Part shown: piece by piece, positions 13,339-25,600 of the stretch
Numbering within the stretch: the stretch's first letter is position 1
Layout of the letters: every line of letters starts with the position of its first letter
Source of the DNA: Lingula anatina
Lineage: Eukaryota; Animalia; Brachiopoda
Direction: 5' to 3'
Length of the DNA: 64,000 bases
Assembly (NCBI GenBank): GCA_051362555.1
Contig: CM120646.1
Location: forward strand, 12,338,001-12,402,000
Translations under genes and position numbers: made by a program
The notes under the pieces: generated by a model
What the model was told of the DNA's origin: nothing
Seen by the model: only the letters and a program-made list of their open reading frames with translations
The model's database searches: none

Positions 13339-15751
13339 ATGAGTCAAGCAGAAACCAGTCGAGACCCCCCTTTCCGCTCAATAATCCGTTCTTCAGGGCT
13401 TGCTGAAGTTTGGACCCACACCCACGATAAGCTGAAATTTGACCAGGTGAGTTTAATTTCTAATTAACAGGTAAACGGCTCACTTAATGTATATCCACCT
13501 CAAGACTGCTTCAGCCCTAAGAACTAATTTTGATACAATTACATGTAAGCCAGACGAACATAATCGGATCAAGGCTGGAAATAAGTAAGCCTCTTAATTT
13601 TAAGTTGGTAATACCAGAACTGCAGTAGACAGGATATCTAGCTTTACTATTTCCACCGCCAGACACTTGTACTTCCATGTTTTATTCAAACTTCCTGACA
13701 CATATTCTGATAACAGAATTTTCTTCTTTGAAATTAAAATATTTCAGTTAATCTCTTAGATGCATGCCCTCAATCCTGTTCTATTTCTATTTAAAATAAT
13801 TTATGTCATATATATTCTGGCAATAATTCTTATTTTTATTTTTTCCCCAGTTTGGTTGGAGATGCACCACCAAGGAAAATGCATACAATAACAACACTCT
13901 TATTGGCAACTGGGATGAGGAGAGATATGATATTGAGAAACAAAAGATTCCACAGCGGTTGCCCTCTCAGGTAAGGTTGGAAGTGATCTCTTATTAATTC
14001 ATAATGCAGTAGTGGATTAAGGGGAAGGGCCCCCCTTCCCCTTAATCCACTACTGCATTATGAATTATGAATGGTCCTGACCCCCCGCTTTAATTTCTGA
14101 AAAAAAAGTCACACCAAGAATTTTGACTAGCTGAATCATACTTCTAAACCTTACCAAATGGCACCATTTGCCCTCTAAAATACCAAAATTTTTCAGGGCC
14201 CTCTAAAGGGCTCGCAAGCCCACGCCAAGGGGGTAGGGGGGTGGGGGGTGGGGGAAGGGTTGGCATCTGAGGACCCCCCTTCAAATAATCCTGGATCTGC
14301 CCCTGTAATGCCTTAGCTACTGAACAATTTTAGCCATTCCTCGTTAATGATACTGGTATAAATATACGCAACTCAAAACATGTCGAAAACGTTTTTGTCC
14401 CTGTAAATAAGGATTGAAAGTAACTTAGAAAGACAAATCTTGAAAAATGTATGAGATATTTGAACATTATTTGAGAATAATTCCAATGGAAGAAAAGTGA
14501 GGGGAAATCTCAAAAAAAGAAGAAAAAAAAAGAGTAAGAGAGAGAAGACATTGTGATACCTAACTTGACCATCAAAAAGTCATTTAAAACATGCTAATAT
14601 TATTTTTTTTAGCATAATCATTATTTTGAGACAACATATGGAGTAGCCCACAATACACAGCCTAGGAAAGTTCCAGAAAGCTTGAAACACCTGAAAAGTA
14701 AGTTCCTTTTCAATAAATATGATTGAATGACTCTTTGTTATTCTTTTCGTCCAGTTATGATAATGTCAAAGGCCAGTCTAAATGTAAGTTAAAAGATTTT
14801 TTTTATAAATTTGGGGTTAAATCAGTGAAGAAAACTGATTCTTAACATTTTTATGTTGATTCTTTTTATCATATTTTATCATTGCTACATTTCCTTGCAT
14901 CTCTTTATATGCAGTAAGCTGTTGCTTTTTAAAATTCTATTTACATATGGAACATAAGTGAACGCATTTTCTGTATATTCTTTTATTTTTCATTTGCTAG
15001 TCAGTAATTTTCATAATGCTGTAAAATCAGTTGCCATTTTATTTCAAGATCTGAACATTTATAGTTAATAAGATTCTTTTGTGTCATATATGTGGACACC
15101 AACCGCTTCATAACCAGTCTGTTATTTCCTTGTTCAGAGGCCGATTTCAATTCAACTCTGAAGATTTTTTTTGTCTACATGAGCATTTAATAAAGATGAA
15201 AAAAAAAAAATCAATTCCTAATTAATGTAGCACATTTAAGTATTATTAAATTAACTGCATCAACTTTTCATGCTCTCTAATATTTCCAAGATAACTCGCA
15301 GTTCAAATAATAACTGTTCAAAATTTCAGTGCGCTATCATAATGCATTCCCCCACCATCAACCAGAACTAGATACAAATACAGCCAAAGAAATAAATAAC
15401 AGCTGGGAAACCACCACTAGGGTATCATACTGTGATCCACGAGTAAGGCAACAGCCCCTCGAGCCACCAGCTCAGACTGTGCAACCAGTGTCATTTGAGA
15501 AACCTGCGTCCCCAGTAAAAGCAATGTCACCAGTTCAGCCTGCACCTGTCACAGACATGGGGCAAATGCAAATGGGAAGTGCCACAGAAATTCCTCCTCA
15601 GCCTGCTCTGGCTGGTGCTCCTATAGAGGGCAGCACTCCCTCACTAATGGACCTTTACCACCAACAACAAACTCTCCACAGGGAAAGCCCTATACAGATG
15701 ACACAGCCAGAGAAAAGTTTTACGCAGAAGAAGCAAGTTTCCTTTGCTTGA
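13339..15751 (+). CDS. CFAP68: CFAP68 / C11orf1 (UPF0686) homolog, long-tail isoform (244 aa); exons 13339-13446, 13851-13970, 14613-14697, 15330-15751
   Basis: Spliced translation MSQAETSRDPPFRSIIRSSGLAEVWTH...FDQ|FGWRCTTKENAYNNNTLIGNWDEERYD...LPSQ|HNHYFETTY...|MRYHNAFPHHQPELD matches my recollection of C11orf1 (EVWT, GWRCTTNE, TLMGNWNQERYD, PLPSQ, HYFETTY, FPGHQPELD). All introns are GT-AG with consistent phase. Confidence 0.9.
13995..14305. mobile_element. Short MITE (right end ctggatctgcccctg) with TAATG target duplication and a perfect 35-bp hairpin at its left end
   Basis: taatg|cagtagtggattaagggg ... ctggatctgcccctg|taatg. 13995-14029 is the exact reverse complement of 14033-14067. 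Confidence 0.65.
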
Positions 15752-16102
15752 TCATTTCGGAGGAACAATCAAAGACGAACCATTTAAACAGTTCACTGAA
15801 AACTGATCAAGTGGATTAGGAACAGAAAATGAACAGATAGGCTAAATGTGCTGACCTTATTTAGCCATTGCATGGAATCATACACAGAGTGACTGTGCTG
15901 TAATCGTTTCCATTTATCTTTCACTTTTAGGGTCTTCTCCTCATTCTTTTCTATTTTTTCCTTTCCAGACTCTACTTTCAGCCTTCATTTCTCGTTTTCT
16001 CCAGCATTGCAGTTACTTCTCTTTAAACCTCTTCTTTTCTTTGTAATAATCTCATCTTTCATTTTTTTCTACTATATCTATCATCTTCACCTTTCCTCTT
16101 AG

Positions 16103-16254
16103 AAAAAGACCCTCGGACCTTTCCGTGTCATCAACCTGAGCTTGACCATCCAGAGGACAAACAGAAATATGTTGACATGACAACATGCTATAGAGCAGCT
16201 TTCTGGCAATCTCCAATGGCAGCAAAAGTGACCAACCCCCAAGACAAATTATAA
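16103..16254 (+). CDS. CFAP68: Alternative last coding exon of CFAP68 (short isoform, 154 aa)
   Basis: Acceptor ctttcctcttag, phase 1 matching the donor at 14697. Translates KKDPRTFPCHQPELDHPEDKQKYVDMTTCYRAAFWQSPMAAKVTNPQDKL*, paralogous to the start of exon 15330. Confidence 0.8.
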
Positions 16255-19200
16255 GACATTTCAGCCATGAAAGTTTAAGGCTATACACATGAGAAGACTT
16301 TTCTCTTTACTGTAAAGAGGAAAACAGATAGAACACTGCTCTGTTGAGTTGAAAATCATGTTCATCAAAAATTATTTTGAATTGTTGACATTAACGTCAC
16401 TAAGTAATAATGAATATCAAATTAACAGTTAAAATCAAAACTGAAAGAACTGGACAAAAAATATATTGGGAAATTATATTCTTTGTAAAAAGTGAATATT
16501 CAGCAGTGCTCAAAAATAGATAATTGTGGTATCTTTAATAACATTTTTATTTCTTCTTGTAACATTTCCCTACAGAATATACATAATATGCTCAATGTAT
16601 AAAGGTATTTGTGTTAAAATCAAAACATCTGAAGGACTAAACCAGACACTCATAGACAGACATAAAATGGGAGGGAACCAAAAGACAGAAATAAGTACTC
16701 ACTTTCACTTTTTGTTTGAGACGTAGCCAACGATTGAGGAAAATAGTGAATAAAACTTGTGGAAATGTTTTTCAATTCAGTCTTGAAATCATCATAAAAA
16801 TATTGGAAAATTACAGCTTTAGGGTAAGTTAGCAAGGACATTGCTCTACTGTGAAATTCCAAAACTACAATTTATGTCCATCAGTGAGTGTTTGACATCT
16901 CCCAACATAAATGAAATATCAATGATGAAAGCAGCTATCTGTATTCAATATTTACTGGCCTGGAAGAAGCAATAATCACACCTTTTACAACATAATTACC
17001 TTTTAGAAAGGCATTGGTTTAAAATAATTATTTTACCTTCACTAGAAGGTAGATTAATCCATACAAAACTCTATAAATTATTAATAAATGTAAATTTATT
17101 TATAAATATGTACAATTCAACTAAATTCATTCAGGAATGATTCAAATGTTTACTGCAGTACTTATTTAAAATCTAATCATTAGTAATTCAAAACAAGTCG
17201 GAAACTGAGTAAAACTCAACTTGTAGTGATCTGCTTTTTTTTTTTTTAAGTTGGAAAGAAATATTTTGGATGCTGCACTTATTTAACACGATCTCCTTGT
17301 ACTGGAAACTGATCAGACCAAAACTAGACCCACCAAAGCAAAGGTATATTAACTCTACTCAATAGTTGCGTATCACTGTTTTAAAAAAACATACAAAAAC
17401 AAACAAATAAATAATTAAATAAAATTTTGGTTTGGAGAACAGTGCAGTTAGCAGAAGCCCTCAGTTACAAATTCATTGGGTGCAAGAAAAGCATTGTAGG
17501 AAATAGTAAATATACAACTGTCAAAGTTTAAATGTTCTATATTAAAAAAAAGACCAAATGGTGGTATCAATTTCTCATAAAAAATGTGTAACCTTAAATT
17601 CAGTATAAATGTGTTATAGTCCATTGAAATAGAGTAAGTATTGGTCTAAAACAGTAAGAATCTCTCATATTATAAACAGGCACAATATTTAATCTAATTA
17701 AACTGCTGCCAATTTATCCAGGGTCAATAGTTTAGACCATAATTTGGTCTGAAGTCCTGTGAAATGGGTCTTTGTTTTGCTAGGTCACTATGGCACTAGA
17801 ACTATCCCAAAACAGGCAATACAATACATAATATGCAATCCTGCATAACATAATACATATAAATATCATATAAAATGAAGCTTACTGGCCTTGTTTGTTT
17901 GTTTTTTTTTACAATAATCTGAAGGATAATTCAAGTTCTGAAAAATAACAATATAAAATGCTATAACAAACTTCTCTTAGTATGGAACAGTGCAATTCAT
18001 ATCTCTACACTGGGTAGACTTTTATTTTTTATCAAAATATGCTTGACAAAAATATAACTCCCACCCAACAACTAGAACTAGGAAGAATACTGCCTACACA
18101 TTTCTTACAAGCACAGTTGTGTTACCTTTTTATCCTGATCAATTTCTCATCCACATATTTGTACGTATAAAGATCACATATAAATCCATCTAGCACATCC
18201 AGCAACCCCACACCTAGCAAAATTTCTTATAACTATAAAGTCTTGCTCTTATGGCAAGAACCCCACAACACACACATACCCCCCCCCCCCCCAAATACAA
18301 TTTCATTAATTATAAACATTAAACAAACATAAATAATGTTAAATGTTAAAGCAAAGCAACCAAAAGACACCTCAAAGCTGTTGCTGTGACATTTGGTACA
18401 TAATATAAATCAACTGGAAACCAACAATCTGGAAACCAACAACACAGTCATATAGTTTCTATCCTGATTTAGCTACATTGTTTAAGGTGGTTTTTGCATT
18501 AATATACATCTGAAAGAGAAGTAAACATTGGAAGCAAAATACTTTTTAAACTTCCGATAGGTGCACCAATGAAATATATATTAAAAACAATATCTGGTGA
18601 CCTAGGGAATAAATTCTGAAGGTTAAGTGGCATGCGCAATAGTGTACGAGTATACAAATAAAAAAGTAAAAAAAATATGTATATATGGTTAAGATTTTAA
18701 AATAACGAAGCACTGAAGGTTATGATCATGATGGTCAACTGTTATAAAGTAATATAACAATAAACTAAATTACAAATTGCAATAATGACCCAATAATGGC
18801 AACATTAATTTAACTTTAACACTATGATTTTTCCATGAATTTTTAAATAATTTAAGCAATGTTTGTCAAAATAGTAAGGATTCAACAACTGCTACTTTTT
18901 TATGTATTACATTCCTATTCTGGTAAGCTACAGTAATGTTGTATTTTTAACTCTGAAACTTAAAATCAATCTCTAGCAGCTGCCATTTCACACAATCAAG
19001 AACATTCTTGATATTTTCTACGCTCTACATTACCATTTCAAACGTAACTAAAGAAATTTCAACAACAATAACACATTACACTCATTTTGACTTTCTTACA
19101 ATGTTTCTACTATATCACTTGAACTGTGATGCCTTCAAATTTCATAACTTTTTTTTTTCTTTTTTATACAAAGTTTCTTTTATGTACTGTGTGGCCGCCT

Positions 19201-19662
19201 GTCTAAATGCAGAATATGAGCAATTTGCATAAGTAGGGAGCTTTGTTTTCAAGCGATCAGTTAGTCATATTTGTTACACACACACACACACATACACGCA
19301 CACACACAAAGCATCACAACAAACATCCCTTCAACTATCCAAAACCTAACAATTACAAACTCTCTGTTAGAACACTTCACAAACATAATTGGGACCTTAG
19401 CATTTTGTTTTAGAAGCATCATTTTAAATTGATTTAAACTGTGCCAAGTACTTTACCCCTTCACAATACTCGAACAATATAAATAAAACTGATATATTTT
19501 TGGTCCCTTTGATAATAAATCCTCTTCCTCTAACTCACTCCATTATATGGGAATCTGGACCCTGAATTTCAGTGATTCAGTATATCATTCTACCAAAACC
19601 AAGTGATTGGCAAGATCAAAAGAACAAGTTGAGGAAACTCTGGGCATGAAAAACGAAAAAGA

Positions 19663-22600
19663 TCATGGATCAACTTCTTTTTTAATCCTGAAGATGGGAA
19701 GTGGATCTGTACTTGTCTGTGCATCAAAGCGCAGCTTTGACAGAGACTCAGCATTATCCAGTGACAAAGAAGAACCATGCTGAGAGTCCTCCATTTTCTC
19801 TGTTGAATCCAATTGCGAGGTGTTTTCAGGTGAATTTCTCTTCTGAACACTGTCATCGCAGCCTTGGTCCTCAGCTTGATGTGGGTTAGTATTAAAATGG
19901 GTTGAGTTCCTGACGGGTGACCTTGAACTTGAAGCCAAATTAAGAGCAACACTGATGTTCTCCGTTACACATGGCGATTTGGATGTTCTTTCCTGAGTTG
20001 ACATGTTCAAAACTTGACTGTGACCTTCATCATGGGTGTGACCTTGAAAATTGTGATCGCCATCAACCTGGCCTTGCTGATATTGATCTTCATGGTAATG
20101 ACTTTGGTCTTGGAATTGAGGACCCAGTCTGTGGGAATAGTGACCATGACCTTGCAAATAAAGACCTTGGGAAAACTGACCTTGACCCTGAGGGCTGTTG
20201 CTAAGGTAGTTATTAGATTTATAATTGCTGCCCGATGGTGACTCAGCAGTTTGCATAGTCTGTCCTGAGCTCATGGTAGACACGGTATAGTTTTGTGCCC
20301 TCTCTCTTGGGCCGAGGTGGCTCTCCCCTTGGCTGGAGAGATCTTGCATAGGCTGGTCATGTCCTGGGTTCCTTGTGACACCTTCACCGGTCTCAGAGCT
20401 CTGGTGAACCGCAGGCAAGTGTATACTAGCATGTATCTCTGGCACTCTTCCCTCACCTAGAGTTCCCCTAGAAATAAGCTGGGCAGAGTCATGCTCAACA
20501 CCACTGGTGACTGGGTATCCATGGTGTTCATGCCCACTGCCATCACCGACTCCACTGCCCTCTTTTGGAGAACCTTGGGCTGCAATGGGCATTGCTGTGG
20601 CGCGATGCTCCACCACAGGAGTGGTGTTAGTATACAGTGGAACACCAGCCCCATGCTGAGGTGAGCCCTGCAGGTGAAGACTGGACTGTATGGCTGCTGC
20701 TGCTGGTCCACAATGAAAGTTTTCATTTGGAGTCTCTGATATAGCTCGTCTGTACTGCCGGCTTGGGGGCCACTGTGTTGGCTAAAAATAAATAGTTCAC
20801 TACAGGAGTTCTGTTATGAATGAAAAGTAGATTGAAATGGTATATTTTGAAGGTCTTGTAATACGGATGTTCTTGTATGATACCTACCTGTGTCAAAGCC
20901 ATTGAGACAATTATTCGATAAAAACTCCTTTCATGTATGTACATCATTTATTGCATCATAAGAAGGAGCCTTACTTTCGTCTGAACAACCTGACTTCCCA
21001 ACTCACCTGTTCTTCCTCCCAGCCAAAAGCCTTTGGGCCAAACTTAAAGCAAAGCTTCTTGGGGTAATTGGAATCTTTGGGAAGATCAGCGAAATAGCCA
21101 GCAGTGCGTGCAAACCTGGTGAAAAGAGTTTGTTGTGTTATAAAATGAGTCCCTGGTGTTTAAAGAAATAGTATTTCTTCCAAAGTAAGTAAAAAACTAA
21201 AAAAAATAAATAAATAAAAAATAAAAAAATGAAACAATATATGGAACTATTTAATTGTTGAAATGAAAATATTTCCAATGTACCAAAAAAATTTTGTAAG
21301 GGGTTACCAAGACAAGGCTGGGAATAGTGGAATATTATCAAGAACTTCTGTGTTTACTGTACATGAAATCTGCCAATCAATAAAATTGAAGGTCTTCAAA
21401 ATTCAATCTTAATTTCTTATAATCTATCACTCAAAAAAAATCCCCTAATATGTTACTTTTTAAAGTTCTTAGTTCAGTCTTTAATCTCAATGATATCTCA
21501 GATATCTTTTATAGAACATTAGAAGCTTTTGTATTCTGTGAACAGTCTTGTAAACTTTTCCTTCTCTGACCTGATAGCCCTGCTCAGATTTTCATAGGTC
21601 ATTATGGGATTGCTTTTCTTCCTTCCCCACAGTTTTGCCACTTCCTCTGAGTGGATGATTCTAAAAACGCCATCTTTCTGGTTCTCCCACTTGATGATGC
21701 GGGGGCAGTAGGTGGGGTTTTTGAGAAGGTCCCTTATAAATTGCCACAGCAGCGGTCCCCTTGTACCTAAAATGAAAATTAAATGCTTCCATCAAAATAC
21801 TGGTGCTGGTAAATGGGCCATTTAAAGTTGGAGAGATTAAAGTAGAAACACTTTCTTCACAATTACAACTTATTTCTAACTTTGTCTACTTTAGTGACAA
21901 AATGAAACATGAAATATAATTTTCTGATCGTTAAATAAAAATCAAAGCAAAATCTTAAACACAACTAATATACAAGTGAAACAAGCTTTTCAGTCTCTCT
22001 TGTGTAAAGATAACTAAACAAATATTATTGTTATAAAGAACTGAAACATTTTTTTCTTATCACGTGACTTGCCCTTTGATGAAGGTTTGAAACAGTGTGT
22101 CTCACAAATAGAAAACATTTCATATCTTTAGAAACAATTTACATTTTTATTAACTGTAACACCATACTGAGATTCTTGGCCTCGAGAAGATTCTTCAAGA
22201 GGTCAAACCTCAGCAACCAAATTGAATACTTACAATGTCCAGGCTTGGGGCCTCTCTTGGCATAAATCTTCCCCTCTGCCCCTGGGCTGCCTTGATCACT
22301 ATCGCCACCTTCAGTTCTGAGGTATTTTGGAGGGCGTCCAGGACCTCGCCTTGCAGTTGTAGCAGGGTCGGCTAAGGCACTGAATAATCTAGGAGGGGTA
22401 TCATTGGGGTGGTGAGACTGAAAGAATAAAAAACATTCCTTTATGGAATTAATATAAAACGTAATGAAATTTTTACTGAAGATAAGTTCATGTAACCTCC
22501 GTTGTTCCAAATATCTTCATAAATGAACTAATGACTCTACAGATTACATAAACAAAAGACCTCCATCTCAAACAAGCTCAGAAAAAGCACATCAGACTAA

Positions 22601-25600
22601 TTCTACATAATATCCACATTTTGGACCATAGTCGAAAATTAAAAAAATTCTTTTAAAAATCACTGCACCAAAATGGGTTCTTGAAACTTCCCCAATCACC
22701 ACAAGGGGATCTTGAAACATCCTACCTCCTGAGGTGTTCCTGGTGTGAGCAATGGTGGTGGATCATCTTGGTTACGGAAATGCCCAGAATCTGAGTAACT
22801 TCGGAACAACATCCTGTTGTCATGGCGATGCTCAGGTGCAGGGGAACTATTCTGTGAGGCTGAATAAAAAGAAAAAAACCTGAATACTTATCATGCATCA
22901 CTTAATTTATTCAATATATCTTAATATAGCAAATCATAGTAAGACAGGGGCAGATTGAGGCCGTCTTCTGGGTCTTCCAGAAGACAGTCAGATTTTCAAA
23001 TCTACATTGACAGGTATCTAATTTTACCAAATCCCTCATAAATTGTCCAAAACATTAAATATTACAAAATTAAGCAAATGGTTTATCCTTATATGTTCCC
23101 ATGAGCCTGCTCTACCTATACACACCTGACCCAGAGTAAAACTCCTCCTCGTAATTCATCTTCCCCTTCTTTCTTTTCACAGTAAATTGCCCAATGTCCA
23201 CCCCCTGTCCAGGCCTCTTCCTGACCTGTTCTCCAGGTCTTGGCATCATTTTGTCTTTCCCAAGATTCAATATAATTTCAGCAGCATTCTGCACAGCAGG
23301 GTCTTCCTCTGCTGCAGCCTGGGGACCTGGAGCCGACAGGTTGTGATCCATTGGCTCCGTTTGTCCATCTGTCTGTCTCTCCGATGGTTTTTCTGCCTGT
23401 GGCCTGTCCCTCTGCTCCATATTCTCCTCGGTTTGACCCTTTTCACTGTCAATAGGCTTGCTGGGACTGGACTGAGGGGTCCATGCAGGCCCAGACCCTG
23501 GGACCAGGGTGATAGACCCCCCTGTCAGAGTTCTCCGTGAGACTTGAGGTACTCCTGGCAATGTGGGAACCGAAGGGTTAACAGTGCCTGGCAATGAAGG
23601 GTTAAAAGAACCTGGCAATAAAGAGTTAGCAGTTCCTGGCATTGATGGGTGTGTGGTAGCTGGCACTGAAGGGTTAATAGGACCAGGCATCATGAGATGT
23701 GAAGGGTTAAAGGTACCTGGCACTGAAGGGTTAATGTTCCCTGGTAACATGGGGTATGCAGGGTTAACTGGAGCTGCCATAAAAGGGTGCATTCTCAACA
23801 TTGGTTGCTGTGGGAATGGAAACATTGCCCCCTGAGCTGGTAACATATTAAATGATGTCACAGACGGAGCTGGAAGAAAATGCATACCAGATGGCAGTGT
23901 GGCATTCTGGGAACTACCACTAGGTGGCAGTGTAGTATTCTGAGAACTACCACTAGATGGCAGTGTAGGTGTGGTTACAGCCTGGAAGCTAGCCACCTTA
24001 GGAGCAGTTTTGTCTTTTATAGACAAGTCCAATACACCATCCTCAAGTTCAACAACATCCTGGGGCTCCCTTTTGACCTTGATTGGAGAAGAGATGTCAT
24101 TTTTCTTGTCACTGTTTGTGCTTGGCACTGTTTTACTCCCTGGGCTCTGACTTGCAGAATGAACAGTAGTCACTGCTTGAGGCTGTGGGTGGCGCATTCT
24201 AAACTGAGGAGGGGGGTGTATCGACTTTGGGTTCACAACTGGCACCATGCCAACTGGCATCCCTGGCATGCGAGGGATAAAGGTGCTTGTCGTTGCCATG
24301 GCAGCAGGTCTAGGAGGAGGAGGAGGTTGTAAGGTGTGCACAGGTCTATAGATACCTGAGGCTGATGAACTACTGGGCAGTGCAGGGGTCAAGTATGAGG
24401 GCACCTGATGCTGTTGCTGGCCAGTACCGCAAAATGTGGCAAGATGACCACTGGTATTGGACACTACTGCTCCCCTCTTCATGATGGTACCAGGAGCTCC
24501 ATCAGTGCTAAGTCCCTGTTGGTGGTGTTGGTGGAATGTCTGTACTGAGCTGGCCTGGTGATGCTGGACTGCTGAACTAGAACCCTGTCCTGTCATGGCT
24601 GCTGTGGGACACCACTGCCCCCTATTGTCTGTTGCCATAGAAGACTGAACAACGGCTGAAGATCGTTGTCGACTGGTGAAGGACTGAGAAACACTGCTGG
24701 AAGGAGGAGGAGGATGTGAGTGAGCAGGAGGTGGAAGTAGCAATCCTCTCTCATTCTCATGACCCTGTTGGAAAGATTTGGAAGAATTTTGGTGTGCCAA
24801 TGGGGGTGACAGTTTCATTGACTTGTCCTCTGGGGTTGCAGTGTTCATATATCTTATGGCACGTGTTTCTGGCTGGGAGATGGCTGTGTGTGACCTACTT
24901 TCTAAAACAGCGCCACCTGACTGAATCTGAGGCTTGTACACCATGTGAACACTTGTTGAACTAAAGGGAGAGCCATCTCTCTGTTCATGCATCCGACTCT
25001 CCTTGTCATTACCAATGCTAGGTGTTCTTTCATCCTCCAAACCCGTTTTCCTACCATGAACAAAATTCAGCTTACCATCTTGATGACCTGTACTGTTTCT
25101 TCCACTGAAATTCTGAGGTGTCTGAAATGACTGTGTCCTTGGCAATGAGCTCAACGGGGCATGGCCCTGACAACTTCTCAAACCCCCCTCTTGTTTTGGG
25201 ATGATGCTTCCACCTGACATGTTCAAAGTCGTTTTTAGATTGTCATTATTACTGGTGGCAGTATTCATCCTGCTGTCTTGTCTAGGAGAAAGAATGGGTG
25301 TCCCCCTGTTGGAGGTGGTTTGATGACTGTGATATGAAGTGACCAGTGAACCCACTGGCCTCAGAGGCGAAGTTGAGCAACTTCTGCTTTGTTGACCACT
25401 GCCAGCAGCTTCCCAATGAGGATGCAAAAAATTCTCCCTGGGAATATAGTCATTATCATCTTGACGGCTGTCATTGTTGTCATCTGTCTGACAACTTTGC
25501 TCCCTGAGGATTGTAGTAGCAGTATTGGATTTTGTATGACCAGACAGAACAGGACCATTAGGGTGGTCCCTGGGGGTTTCTGCCCTCCCAATAGTGCCCC

